The position numbers were made by a program, and so were the translations under genes. From the IMG/VR virus record IMGVR_UViG_3300042569_001270, positions 17,340 to 81,339 of that record: a stretch of DNA of 64,000 nt. One strand, given 5' to 3'. The notes below the pieces were generated by a model, which ran no database searches, was not told the origin of the DNA, and worked only from the letters and a program-made list of their open reading frames with translations. Shown here piece by piece: positions 30,003 through 39,341 of the stretch (its first letter is position 1; each line of letters opens with the position of its first letter). Source of the stretch: a virus.

Positions 30003-30674
30003 ATGAGTCTGAGTCTCGCGAAGCCGCTCCCCAAGGGAGCCGAGTACCTTGCCGATGTCGCCGCCAAGGCTGGCGCTGACAACGGGATCAGTCCGTACCT
30101 GCTGCTGGGCATCTGCTACGCCGAGAGCAACTTCGGCGCGGCCCTGAAGCCCCCCGGACCCACTGGGACGGGTGACTTCATCCCTCGCGTGGCCGACAAG
30201 GACACGAACGAGAAGATGGCCAAGAACCCCCTGCCCGGCGTCGAGAAGAAAGTCCTGCCCGACGGGATCAAGGCTCGCAAGGTTGCTGGTCCTGTCGAGG
30301 CTTGGGTGCCGACGCACACCGGCTGGGGCTGCGGTCTGCTCCAGTTTGATTACGAAGCGCACTACGAGTTCTGCAAGAGCGGCGCGTGGAAGGAGCCTGC
30401 CAAGGTGTTTGATCAGGCGTGCAAGCTCCTCAAGGGCAACCGCTCGTTCCTCGCCAAGAAGCACCCCGAACTGACGGGCATCGCTCTCGACCGTGCGATG
30501 ATCGCTTCGTACAACGCTGGGGCTGGTCGGGTGAGCAAGTTCCTCACCGACAAGAAGAGCCTTGACGAGTGCACGTTCCATCCGGGCTACATTGATAAGA
30601 TTTGCAAGAAGGCCGATGAGTTTGCCGGTGCCTCCGGCGCGTTCGCCACCCCCTCCACCGCTCCGGTGGCCTAA
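30003..30674 (+). CDS. endolysin, lysozyme-like / SLT transglycosylase fold
   Basis: AESNFG (catalytic Glu), GLLQF, ASYNAG. Confidence 0.8.
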   Translation: MSLSLAKPLPKGAEYLADVAAKAGADNGISPYLLLGICYAESNFGAALKPPGPTGTGDFIPRVADKDTNEKMAKNPLPGVEKKVLPDGIKARKVAGPVEAWVPTHTGWGCGLLQFDYEAHYEFCKSGAWKEPAKVFDQACKLLKGNRSFLAKKHPELTGIALDRAMIASYNAGAGRVSKFLTDKKSLDECTFHPGYIDKICKKADEFAGASGAFATPSTAPVA

Positions 30675-30676
30675 CC

Positions 30677-31021
30677 GTGGGCGAGCAGCTTCTGCAACTC
30701 CTGATGACGGTCATCGGTGTGCTTGGCAGCACAACGGCTTTCCGTTTTTATGATCGAAGGGCTGCTCGCAGGGTGAAAGAGGAAGCGGATATGCGGAAAG
30801 GCGAGCGCGACGATCATAACGCGGTCAGAGATGACCTGCGTGAGCGCGTCGCGTCCCTTGAGAGCAAGCTTGAGGCCGAATATCGGGAAAAGTTCGACCT
30901 CCTCAAGGCGATAGCCGACTTGAAGGCTGAAGTCGCCTCTCTGCGTACAAAGCTGGAGTTGCTGTCTATTCCTCAACCTGCGAAGAAAGGAGCAGCGCCG
31001 AAGCGCAAGAAAGAGAGGTAG
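30677..31021 (+). CDS. holin-like membrane protein
   Basis: N-terminal hydrophobic helix, coiled coil and basic tail; next to the endolysin. Confidence 0.5.
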   Translation: MGEQLLQLLMTVIGVLGSTTAFRFYDRRAARRVKEEADMRKGERDDHNAVRDDLRERVASLESKLEAEYREKFDLLKAIADLKAEVASLRTKLELLSIPQPAKKGAAPKRKKER

Positions 31022-31024
31022 CGC

Positions 31025-31792
31025 ATGGCTGTCTGCAACTGGAAGCTGGACAAGGAGGGCCTCGCGCCCGGCAACAGTCTTTCCCCCGGCGAGGTGTGTG
31101 ATCCTCCTGAGGGCTTCAAAGGCTTCGTTATCGGTTCCGAGATCGTAGACGAGCATGGTCACAAGCTCGACGGCGACTGGGACCCGAAAGGGCGAAACGG
31201 GTGTCAGCACACGGACACCCCAGAGTGGAAGGCGGCCCACAACCAGCACCTCAAGGTGCGTCGCAAGGAGAAGGTCATGGCTGACCATGCTGAAGTCCCC
31301 GTTCCCGTTTCAGTTCCCGTTCCCACCCCCGCGCCCGAGGCCCCTGCCACGGTAGCGAGCGTCGGTGCGCCTGATCTCGTCGGTCAGGTCCAGCAGCTGA
31401 TGCCGAAGGACGGCAACGCCACTGCGGTCACTGCCGTCATGGCGGCTCTCGTGGTCGTCGGTGGCCTGCTCTACAAGCTGGGTCCCAACCTTCTGAAGGC
31501 CCGCAACGAGCGGGAGATGAAGAAGCTGGAGCTTGAAGAGAAGAAGCTGGAGAAGCAGGACGATCAGCACCAGCAGTGCAACGCGGCCCGGCTGCAGCTG
31601 GACGCGAAGATCACCGAGCTTTCGGGTAAGGTGGAGGCTCTGGCTGCGAAGGCCGAGAAGCTGTCTTCGTCCTCCTCGACCCTCGCGTTCGGTGAGGACT
31701 TCGACGCCGAGGAGTTCGTTGACTGGCGCGAGCAGGTCGATAAGGCTCTGAAGCTGAAGACTGCGAAGAAGGGCAAGAAGCTCGAAGACTAA
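31025..31792 (+). CDS. membrane protein with coiled coil (lysis-associated?)
   Basis: One TM segment (VTAVMAALVVVGGLLY); in-frame internal ATG with AAGGAG at 31277. Confidence 0.55.
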   Translation: MAVCNWKLDKEGLAPGNSLSPGEVCDPPEGFKGFVIGSEIVDEHGHKLDGDWDPKGRNGCQHTDTPEWKAAHNQHLKVRRKEKVMADHAEVPVPVSVPVPTPAPEAPATVASVGAPDLVGQVQQLMPKDGNATAVTAVMAALVVVGGLLYKLGPNLLKARNEREMKKLELEEKKLEKQDDQHQQCNAARLQLDAKITELSGKVEALAAKAEKLSSSSSTLAFGEDFDAEEFVDWREQVDKALKLKTAKKGKKLED

Positions 31793-31814
31793 GTTGATCT
31801 AAAGGAGACACCGC

Positions 31815-34800
31815 ATGTCCTCAATTGTCACTCTGATCCCTGTTCCCACTGATGGCAGTGGTCCGGGTACCGGCGGTGTCTCCGTAGTCAACACGGGCGC
31901 AGGCCTCGTTGGCGGCCCCATTACCGACGTCGGCACCATCGCGATGCCGAACGTCGGTACTCCCCGCACGGGCTACGGCTCTCCGTCCAAGACTGTGACT
32001 GCCAGCACGGACGCGCAGGGCCGTGTCGTCGCTCTTGACGAGAACCCGATCCAGCTTCCGCAGTCGCAGGTTGATAATCTTTCAACCGACCTTTCGACGC
32101 TGACCTCAGCAGTGGCCACGAAGGCTGCAGACTCTGCTGTTGTTCATAACACTGGCGATGAGACGATTGCTGGCGTCAAGACGTTCACTGTTGCCCCTGT
32201 CGTCCCTGCGTCGTCGTTCCCGATTTCGGCTACCGGTGGTCTGCAGGACGCCCTCGACGCGACCGTCCACCTCGCTGGGGCAGAGACGATCACGGGACTC
32301 AAGACGTTCTCAGTGGCCCCTGTTGTCCCCGACAACTCGTTCGCTATCGCCAAGACTGCGGGCCTGCAGACCGCTCTTGACGGCAAGGTGGGCACGAGTG
32401 ATCCCCGCCTGACCGACTCCCGCACTCCGAGCGGTACGGCTGCTGGCGATCTCTCCGGTAGCTACCCCAGCCCTACTGTCGCGAAGATTCGTAACATTCC
32501 CGTGACAGACGTTATGCCCACCGTCGGTCAGCAGATGACCTACGACGGGGACAGCATCGTTTGGGGTTCCCCTGCTGCAGGTGGTTCTGGCGGCGGCGGA
32601 GCCACGGTGTACTTCAATGGCGGCACCGCTGGTGCTGCCCCGATTACTAACCTTCCCACGAACGCCAACACCAAGACCCTGAGCACTGCCCCTGAGGCGA
32701 CTCAGTCTACGATCACCTCTGGCACGCTTCCGCAGGGAGGGACCTACGCCGACGTTGCAGGCTTCGTGTCCGCCGTGGGCTATCCGGGGGTCACTTCCCT
32801 CCCTGCTGGCCTCTGGGACATCAACTTCTGGGCGCTGTCCGCCACGTCCACGGTGCCCAACCAGATTCTGGTCCGTGCGCGTCTGTACAAGTACGACGGT
32901 GTGAACGCACCGACACCGATCACCGAGTTCTCCGACTCGAGTGCGCTCACCTCGCCGACCGTTTCCACGCTGTCAACGGTTGATCTCCTTGTGCCTGCGG
33001 GCGTGACCCTTCTGCCTACTGATCGTCTTTTCGTTCTGTTCAGTGCGACGGCCACGGCGAACAACAAGACCGTCAGCCTGCAGTTCGGTGACGGGACGCC
33101 CTCGCACGCCCACACGACTCTCCCGCTGGTGCGCGGTACCGGCTTCCAGCGTGTGGTCGGCGGGGTGCTTCAGGACAACGCGGCTGCTGTTGATCTCGCT
33201 GGTGGCAGCACCAACGTCACGGGCGTTCTGCCTGTTGCCAACGGTGGCACGGGGCGGACCACCGACACGGCTGGTGGTGATCTCACGGGGACCTACCCCA
33301 ACCCGACCATCGCCGCTGGCGCGGTGACGGACACGAAGGTCGCTACTGCGAACAAGGACGGCCTCCCAGCCACGCCCTCGATGCGTACTCTGGGCACAGG
33401 GGCGCAGCAGGCCGCTGCAGGCAACGACAGCCGCCTCTCCAACGCTCGTACGCCCACTGCTCACGCCTCGACGCACCTCCCCGGTGGCACGGATGCACTG
33501 ACGACTGCCGCCGCCGTTGAGCTTACCGACAGCACCAACTCGGAAGGCGCAGCCGCCAGCTACGCTCGCTCGAACCACACGCACGCCCACGGCAACCGTG
33601 GCGGTGGATCACTGCACGCTGCGGCAACCCAGTCTGTGGCGGGCTTCCTGTCCGCTGCTGACAAGGTCAAGGTCGATACGGCTCTCCAGCCGAGCACGAC
33701 GCCCACTGGAGTTCTCGCCTACCCCGGCAGCACCTACTCTGATCTGAAGGGGCTTGCTCCAGTCAGCAACAGAGTTCCGATCAAATCTTCGGGTGCGGGC
33801 ACCACGACCACGGTCGCGCCGGATGACGAAGCCTCTGGCACTGGTGTCGCGATGGACTATCGCGGCGGCAAAGGAGCCATCGGCGGCAACATCACCGTCA
33901 AGGGCGGTCAGGGCACTGCGGGCAAGGGCGGTGACGCTGTAGTTGATGCAGGTACTGGATCAACTACAAACGGTGTTGTTTCTATTGGCGAAAACGACGC
34001 CACGGCTGTCAACGTCGGGCGTACCGGCACGCAGACCAACCTGCGTGCACGAGTTGCCTTCCGCCCGAGTGACACCATACAGGACATCACCGGCAGCAAC
34101 ACCGTCACCCCCGCGTCGTCTACCGTCAAGCTCAGGTCGGCCAGTGATGTAATCTTTAATGGGGTGCTCTCCTCCACCAACTTTAATGAAGGAGCGCTGG
34201 TTCACCTTGTTAACATTGGCGCGTTCAACATCACGCTTCTGAGCCACGCAACAGGCCAGACCACCAACATCGTTCTTGCTGAGGGCCGTCCGCTGGTCCT
34301 CGGCCCCAACGAGATGGTGACGTTGATGGTTATTAGGAACAACGCCAACGTCACAAGGTGGTGGCAGGTCGATGCGCCTCACGCTGATCTGCCGGGCGGT
34401 AACCTGCACGAGGTCGCCACTCAGTCCGTCGCAGGCTTCCTCTCGGCTGCGGACAAGACCAAGCTCGACAGCGTTGATCCTCTTCTGGCGTACGACTTTC
34501 AGGGCAGTGCTCCTGCCCCGCTTGCTAACGAGGTGCTGTCGCGTTGGCAGGCGACGCGGGACTTCTACCTCGACAACCCCTCTACATGGCGAGCGTACGC
34601 CTCGACGGCTCCCAGCTTCACGACGCAGGTTGCCGTCCTCGTGGACGGTGTGGGTGTCGGTCTCTTCACTTGGGCGGCGGGCGCTACCACGCCGACGATC
34701 ACTCCGTACTTCGGTCAGACGTTCCCGAAGCTTGTGACCGAGGGCCAGCGCGTCACGGTGCAGGTCTCCGGCGGTAGCAACGGAATTGGATCAATATCGT

Positions 34801-35198
34801 GGTCGGTCAAGGGGTACATGACGGGCTACACGTCCGTCGCTAAGCCTTATGATCTCTACGGCTACGCTCCGGGCCTCGTTGGCATCGGGCAGGTCCTGCA
34901 CAGGGACATCTTGGTTCGAGCCGCTTCTTTGGTCTCTCCGGCGGCCTTTGGTAAGGCCTACGCTATGGGCGGACCCAGCGGCGGCGACGTGCGGTTCGAC
35001 CTCAAGCTCAACGACTCTACGATCCTCGCCTACTTTACGATCACCAACACCTCAGGCTCTCCGAGCGGTGGTGTCTGGACGAACGTCGCGACGTTCCCCT
35101 ACGCCTTGGCCGCAGGAGACCGGTTGTCTGTGGTGCAGGACGGCGGCTCTGTGTACGGTATCTCCGAGGTCTTTTTCGGTACGCGAGGGGAGGCCTAA
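31815..35198 (+). CDS. long tail fibre protein, module 2
   Basis: 1127 aa G/T/A-rich with internal repeats (ETIxGxKTF, GDLxGxYPxPT, GFLSAADK), GVLPVANGGTG; AAAGGAG RBS. Confidence 0.8.
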   Translation: MSSIVTLIPVPTDGSGPGTGGVSVVNTGAGLVGGPITDVGTIAMPNVGTPRTGYGSPSKTVTASTDAQGRVVALDENPIQLPQSQVDNLSTDLSTLTSAVATKAADSAVVHNTGDETIAGVKTFTVAPVVPASSFPISATGGLQDALDATVHLAGAETITGLKTFSVAPVVPDNSFAIAKTAGLQTALDGKVGTSDPRLTDSRTPSGTAAGDLSGSYPSPTVAKIRNIPVTDVMPTVGQQMTYDGDSIVWGSPAAGGSGGGGATVYFNGGTAGAAPITNLPTNANTKTLSTAPEATQSTITSGTLPQGGTYADVAGFVSAVGYPGVTSLPAGLWDINFWALSATSTVPNQILVRARLYKYDGVNAPTPITEFSDSSALTSPTVSTLSTVDLLVPAGVTLLPTDRLFVLFSATATANNKTVSLQFGDGTPSHAHTTLPLVRGTGFQRVVGGVLQDNAAAVDLAGGSTNVTGVLPVANGGTGRTTDTAGGDLTGTYPNPTIAAGAVTDTKVATANKDGLPATPSMRTLGTGAQQAAAGNDSRLSNARTPTAHASTHLPGGTDALTTAAAVELTDSTNSEGAAASYARSNHTHAHGNRGGGSLHAAATQSVAGFLSAADKVKVDTALQPSTTPTGVLAYPGSTYSDLKGLAPVSNRVPIKSSGAGTTTTVAPDDEASGTGVAMDYRGGKGAIGGNITVKGGQGTAGKGGDAVVDAGTGSTTNGVVSIGENDATAVNVGRTGTQTNLRARVAFRPSDTIQDITGSNTVTPASSTVKLRSASDVIFNGVLSSTNFNEGALVHLVNIGAFNITLLSHATGQTTNIVLAEGRPLVLGPNEMVTLMVIRNNANVTRWWQVDAPHADLPGGNLHEVATQSVAGFLSAADKTKLDSVDPLLAYDFQGSAPAPLANEVLSRWQATRDFYLDNPSTWRAYASTAPSFTTQVAVLVDGVGVGLFTWAAGATTPTITPYFGQTFPKLVTEGQRVTVQVSGGSNGIGSISWSVKGYMTGYTSVAKPYDLYGYAPGLVGIGQVLHRDILVRAASLVSPAAFGKAYAMGGPSGGDVRFDLKLNDSTILAYFTITNTSGSPSGGVWTNVATFPYALAAGDRLSVVQDGGSVYGISEVFFGTRGEA

Positions 35199-35480
35199 AT
35201 GCCGGTTTCTACAGTTCAGAGATCGCTGTCCAATGCTGAGCGTGACATCGGCAGCATGCTGACCCTCACGGGCACAGTGGACTTCACCAGCTCGTTTGTC
35301 GATCTCACGTCTGTCGCGGGTCTTAGTGAGGGCGTCTACCGGATTATCAACGTGTCGCTCTGCACCTACAGCAACGAGTCGTTGATCTCAATCTTTCTGC
35401 CCGTAGGCTTCCTTGCAACCGGTCCTGCCTTTGCGAGCGGTGGCTTCATCTGCGTGGCGATTCGCCGGAGGCTGACATGA
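35199..35480 (+). CDS. small fibre-associated protein, module 2
   Basis: Paralog of 28585-28857 (G.VDF..S.VDL, G.Y, NE.L, ICV). Confidence 0.6.
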   Translation: MPVSTVQRSLSNAERDIGSMLTLTGTVDFTSSFVDLTSVAGLSEGVYRIINVSLCTYSNESLISIFLPVGFLATGPAFASGGFICVAIRRRLT

Positions 35481-36436
35481 GCATCTACAAGTGGGCCAAC
35501 CCTTACGGCGGGGAGTGGGAGAACACTTACAACTGGCGCGACGCAGACGGTAACACTGTCTACCAGTACCCCGGCCAGTACAGTGGGCAGGGGGACATTG
35601 TTTACTTTGACTATGGTTCTAACTTTTTTGTCTACAGTAACAACCCGTTTTCTGATCTGCATCTTCAGGCTGTGTACTTTAGTAACTCCGTCACCAACGT
35701 GGACTTCCGACAGATTCGGTTTGCTGTTGATACTGCCGCAGGTCTTTCGTCGCTGATTTTTGGTAAAGACCCGTCAGTAGGCGACACCTCTGTTTGCTCC
35801 GCCACGTTCGGTGACGGCACCAACACCGGCTACAACTGCAAGCTGATTGGTCCTGCGCATGTGTTTCAGGGGGAGGGCTTCTCCGCGACGATCAGCTCCA
35901 ACTACGGCGAGGTGGATCAAGACGTAGGAGCGATTCGCGCCGTGAACATGGCGACACTCGTTATCCAGTGTGCGCTTAGCGGTACATCGTCACTGACTGT
36001 CGAGGCGCAGGACAACGGTACGAACCTGACGGTGGCAGGCACGGTGACTCGCCCGAGCATGACGTACAGAACTGCCGTCAGTGCTGTGCTTCACTTCGCC
36101 ACCGTGTTCCTTGGTACCGGCGGGGTAATGCAGCATGCTGGCGGCACCTTTGACTTTATGGGTCAGTCAGGCATCCCGTGGACGGCGTTCACTCAGATGA
36201 TCATGGGAGGCATCAGCCTGCAGGGTATCGCCAGCGGCGAGGAGCCTGTGGGCAAAGGCGTCAGCTGGCAGCTGTTGTTTGATCTTGCCCCTTACGTTCT
36301 GTCTCCCTACATGATCGCAGGTGACTCTTTGCTCGTGCGGCAGGGTGGCCGATTGAACATGGTGCAGGATGACACGCTGGCCTGTAACTTGGCGTTTACA
36401 GCCGGTGAGCAGGGCATCATCAAGTACTTCAGCTAA
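35477..36436 (+). CDS. putative receptor-binding beta-helix protein, module 2
   Basis: W...GEWENTYNW..P...GDIV motif; ATGA overlap. Confidence 0.5.
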   Translation: MSIYKWANPYGGEWENTYNWRDADGNTVYQYPGQYSGQGDIVYFDYGSNFFVYSNNPFSDLHLQAVYFSNSVTNVDFRQIRFAVDTAAGLSSLIFGKDPSVGDTSVCSATFGDGTNTGYNCKLIGPAHVFQGEGFSATISSNYGEVDQDVGAIRAVNMATLVIQCALSGTSSLTVEAQDNGTNLTVAGTVTRPSMTYRTAVSAVLHFATVFLGTGGVMQHAGGTFDFMGQSGIPWTAFTQMIMGGISLQGIASGEEPVGKGVSWQLLFDLAPYVLSPYMIAGDSLLVRQGGRLNMVQDDTLACNLAFTAGEQGIIKYFS

Positions 36437-36449
36437 CTGGGAGGTTGTC

Positions 36450-36752
36450 ATGGATAAGCTGGGTTCGCTTCTCGCAGTTGTTCTGAACGCCCTGAAGGGG
36501 CTTGGCAATCTGGTGGGCAGTCTGCTCGGGAGCTTCCTGCGAAAGACCGACGCGCAGGCGGCCTCTGAGAAGATCAACGAAGCAGTGAAGAACGCCGAGG
36601 CTGCTGCCAACCTCCGTGCGAAGATCGCGGAAGTGAAGCACGCCAAGGTCGAGGCCAAGCTGGCCGAGGAGAAGAGCCGTGATGCAGTCGAAGGTGCGAA
36701 TGATCTGCTTGGTCGTCTCCGTGCTGGTGCTGGCGAGGACAGCAAGGGCTGA
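36450..36752 (+). CDS. i-spanin-like membrane protein
   Basis: GGAGG RBS, hydrophobic N-terminus, Ala/Glu/Lys coiled coil. Confidence 0.45.
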   Translation: MDKLGSLLAVVLNALKGLGNLVGSLLGSFLRKTDAQAASEKINEAVKNAEAAANLRAKIAEVKHAKVEAKLAEEKSRDAVEGANDLLGRLRAGAGEDSKG

Positions 36753-37107
36753 TTGCCGGGAGCCGACGCCGGGGCAGGTCGTGTGCGACAAGGAGTCGTT
36801 CACTCTGCTCTACAAGGCGGCCCTCGACGGTGAGGCGGCCCCCAAGAAGGCCAAGATCGAGGCCGAGAAGACCTCTGCGGACCTCGCAGACGCGCGCAAG
36901 GTCACTGAGCAGTGTCAGAAGGCTCTGGCTGCTGTTCCGGTGCCTCCCAGCCCGAGGCGACTCGCTCTGGGTTACGGGCTTGGCGTCCTGAGCGCGGTCA
37001 CCCTGACGGTCTCTCCCCTTCCCGATTCTACGGACCTGCGCGTTGGACTTGCAGCGGCAGGATTGGCTGGACTGATTAGCGGGTATCTGCTTACTACGCA
37101 TTATTAA
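36700..37107 (+). CDS. exported membrane protein overlapping the previous gene (spanin-like partner)
   Basis: Signal-peptide-like N-terminus, Cys residues, coiled coil, hydrophobic C-terminus. Confidence 0.4.
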   Translation: MICLVVSVLVLARTARADCREPTPGQVVCDKESFTLLYKAALDGEAAPKKAKIEAEKTSADLADARKVTEQCQKALAAVPVPPSPRRLALGYGLGVLSAVTLTVSPLPDSTDLRVGLAAAGLAGLISGYLLTTHY

Positions 37108-37120
37108 GCACCCGTTCTTA

Positions 37121-37150
37121 TTGCTTTCCACCTTGTGCCCGTGCTACCGT
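37121..37150 (+). promoter_or_regulatory. sigma70-like promoter, probably giving a leaderless mRNA
   Basis: TTGCTT-N18-TACCGT with extended TG; -10 ends 7 nt before ATG 37158; no clear SD. Confidence 0.45.
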
Positions 37151-37157
37151 TGGTGGC

Positions 37158-38642
37158 ATGGGCACAACCGTTACTATCGTTAACAACACTCGCGCACTCC
37201 TTGAAACTGATCACGAACTCGTCCGAGACGTAGTGGACGACGCTTTGTCGATCACAATACCCAACGCTTGGAGGTCACCTCAGTACAGGTCTGGACTCTG
37301 GGACGGGAAGAAGCACCTGCTGACCCCGAGCGGCAGCTTCCCTCTGGGTCTGCTGCCTACGGTCGAAGAGGCTCTGACAGCCCAGAAGACCGCCTACGAC
37401 GTGAAGGACGACCGAGACGAGATGCTGCGGTTCCGTGTTCACACGGTGCCGGATCAACTGCTTCAGGCCTCGCCTGCAGACGCCAAGCGCGGTGCGTGGC
37501 AGGACGCCTCTGGGACTTGGTGGCTCAAGCTCGAACTCCACCAGAAGCAGGCCATCGCTGCGGCTCTGAACGAGGGCAGCGGGATCATCTTCTCTGCGAC
37601 GGGTACAGGGAAGACCGAGGTCGCCTGCGGCATCGCTGCGCTGTCTAAGCGGCTGACGAAGGACAGGGTGTCGATCCTGTTCTTCACCCATCGCAGGAAA
37701 CTGGCTCGTGACACCCGGAAGCGCTTCGCCACCCGTCTGGGCATGCCTCTGGAGGACATCGGCCTCATCGCCCACGGCAAGTGGGAAGAGGGCCGGTCGG
37801 GCGTCTACGTTGCGCTGCTCGACACCCTCAAGCAGCCCAAGTACGCCAAGCAGCGGAAGCAGCTATTCAAGGACGTGGACATTCTGATCATCGACGAGTG
37901 CCACCACGCCTCTGCGACCACTTGGTATCAGCTGATCCAAAAGTGCGATGCGCCTCTGCGTCTTGGGTTGTCTGGCACCCCGCTGCATCGGAGCGACCAG
38001 AAGGACGCCATGCTGATTGGGGCCACTGGGAGAGTCATCTTCCAGATGGACATGAAGCAAGCGCAGGCGGCTGGAGTCATTACCCCTGTTGAGATCACCA
38101 CCGTTCCCGTGCGTGACACCACCGTCCCCATGAGTTTCAAGGACGAATGGCGAGACATCTACGTTAAGGGTGTCGTTGATAACTTTGCGTTCCACGAAAC
38201 CGTGGCAGAGAACGTTGAGAAAGACGTTGCGTCAAAGAGGACTACTCTTGTTCTCGTGCAAGAGATCAAACACGCCGAGAACCTGCTCACCGTCTTCGAC
38301 GACTGGGGCATCCGGGCGGAGCTTGTCCACGGGCAGCTTCACGAGACAGAGCAGGACGACGTGGTCTCGAAGTTCGGCAAGGGAGTCTTTCCTGTGTTGA
38401 TCGCAACCACGTTCCTTGGGGAAGGCGTCGACATCCCAGCCGTCGACTCGGTCCACCTGTGCAACTCCGAAAAGGCTGTTATTCCGGTTATTCAGAAGAT
38501 AGGCCGAGGCGTTCGCAAGGGTGTGACCGGCAAGGTCTGCCGTGTGACGGACTACCTGCACATGACCCACAAGACGCTGGCGAAGCACTCGCTTGAGCGC
38601 TTGAAGATTTACAAAGAATGGGGCCTGCTGGGCGAGGAGTAG
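37158..38642 (+). CDS. SF2 DNA helicase (UvsW-like)
   Basis: ATGTGKT, IIDECHH, GLSGTP, EGVDIP, QKIGRGVR. Confidence 0.9.
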   Translation: MGTTVTIVNNTRALLETDHELVRDVVDDALSITIPNAWRSPQYRSGLWDGKKHLLTPSGSFPLGLLPTVEEALTAQKTAYDVKDDRDEMLRFRVHTVPDQLLQASPADAKRGAWQDASGTWWLKLELHQKQAIAAALNEGSGIIFSATGTGKTEVACGIAALSKRLTKDRVSILFFTHRRKLARDTRKRFATRLGMPLEDIGLIAHGKWEEGRSGVYVALLDTLKQPKYAKQRKQLFKDVDILIIDECHHASATTWYQLIQKCDAPLRLGLSGTPLHRSDQKDAMLIGATGRVIFQMDMKQAQAAGVITPVEITTVPVRDTTVPMSFKDEWRDIYVKGVVDNFAFHETVAENVEKDVASKRTTLVLVQEIKHAENLLTVFDDWGIRAELVHGQLHETEQDDVVSKFGKGVFPVLIATTFLGEGVDIPAVDSVHLCNSEKAVIPVIQKIGRGVRKGVTGKVCRVTDYLHMTHKTLAKHSLERLKIYKEWGLLGEE

Positions 38643-38685
38643 AAACCCTTTGCCTTCAGGGCTTTGCGACTCGTGCGTTCTTCGC

Positions 38686-38714
38686 TTGCGGAATGAGGCC
38701 GACCTCTGTACTGT
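38686..38714 (+). promoter_or_regulatory. sigma70-like promoter
   Basis: TTGCGG-N17-TACTGT in the intergenic gap. Confidence 0.45.
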
Positions 38715-38753
38715 GGCGTTGCGTCAACCCACCTACCGAGAGGCATACCCCGC

Positions 38754-39329
38754 ATGCGACCGTCATGGGCCAAGAACTACAAGCGCAAGACAGCAGTGAC
38801 CGTGACGCCCGAGATTGAGAGGACCGCAAACAGCGTAGCGGCTGCGTACCGCACCTTCCTCAAAACCAATCAGCCTTTCGCACAGCCGTGGCACCCCTCG
38901 ACGCCCCCCAAGGACACTCAGTTCTGGGGGGCTTTCGTTAAGGCCGCTGAGATCATCATCGAGCTGGGTGCCACTCCTCACGACTACGTTCAGGCTCAGT
39001 GGGAGGGGATCAAAAAGATTGCCAAGCACCGCTCAGACCGGATGCTGTTCCCTCAGATGCTCATCACCGACAACGCTCGCCTCCGCTACCTCAGCTTCGC
39101 GGACACGCAGACGAACAAGGCGAAGCGTACCGTCACCAAGAAGCAGCTGGTCAACGCGGACCCGTTCATGCGGGACAACCGCCGCCTCAAGAAGCTGATG
39201 AAGGACTACGACGGTGTTGAGGAGTGCGAGGTGATCAAGCTCCACTGCCTCGACTTCTCGCGTGGCTTCCTCAAGAGCAAGGGCGTCTGGTCAGACGTTG
39301 CCTCCGAATACGAATCCTCCCTGTCCTAA
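38754..39329 (+). CDS. hypothetical replication-module protein (possible helicase loader or initiator)
   Basis: GAGG RBS, directly before the DnaB-like gene; function from position only. Confidence 0.5.
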   Translation: MRPSWAKNYKRKTAVTVTPEIERTANSVAAAYRTFLKTNQPFAQPWHPSTPPKDTQFWGAFVKAAEIIIELGATPHDYVQAQWEGIKKIAKHRSDRMLFPQMLITDNARLRYLSFADTQTNKAKRTVTKKQLVNADPFMRDNRRLKKLMKDYDGVEECEVIKLHCLDFSRGFLKSKGVWSDVASEYESSLS

Positions 39330-39341
39330 GGTTCACAACTA

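Noticed and set aside
25832-36436. Diversity-generating retroelement or invertible fibre cassette
   Set aside because: No reverse transcriptase or invertase, and no near-identical template/variable repeat pair seen; paralogs are diverged at all positions
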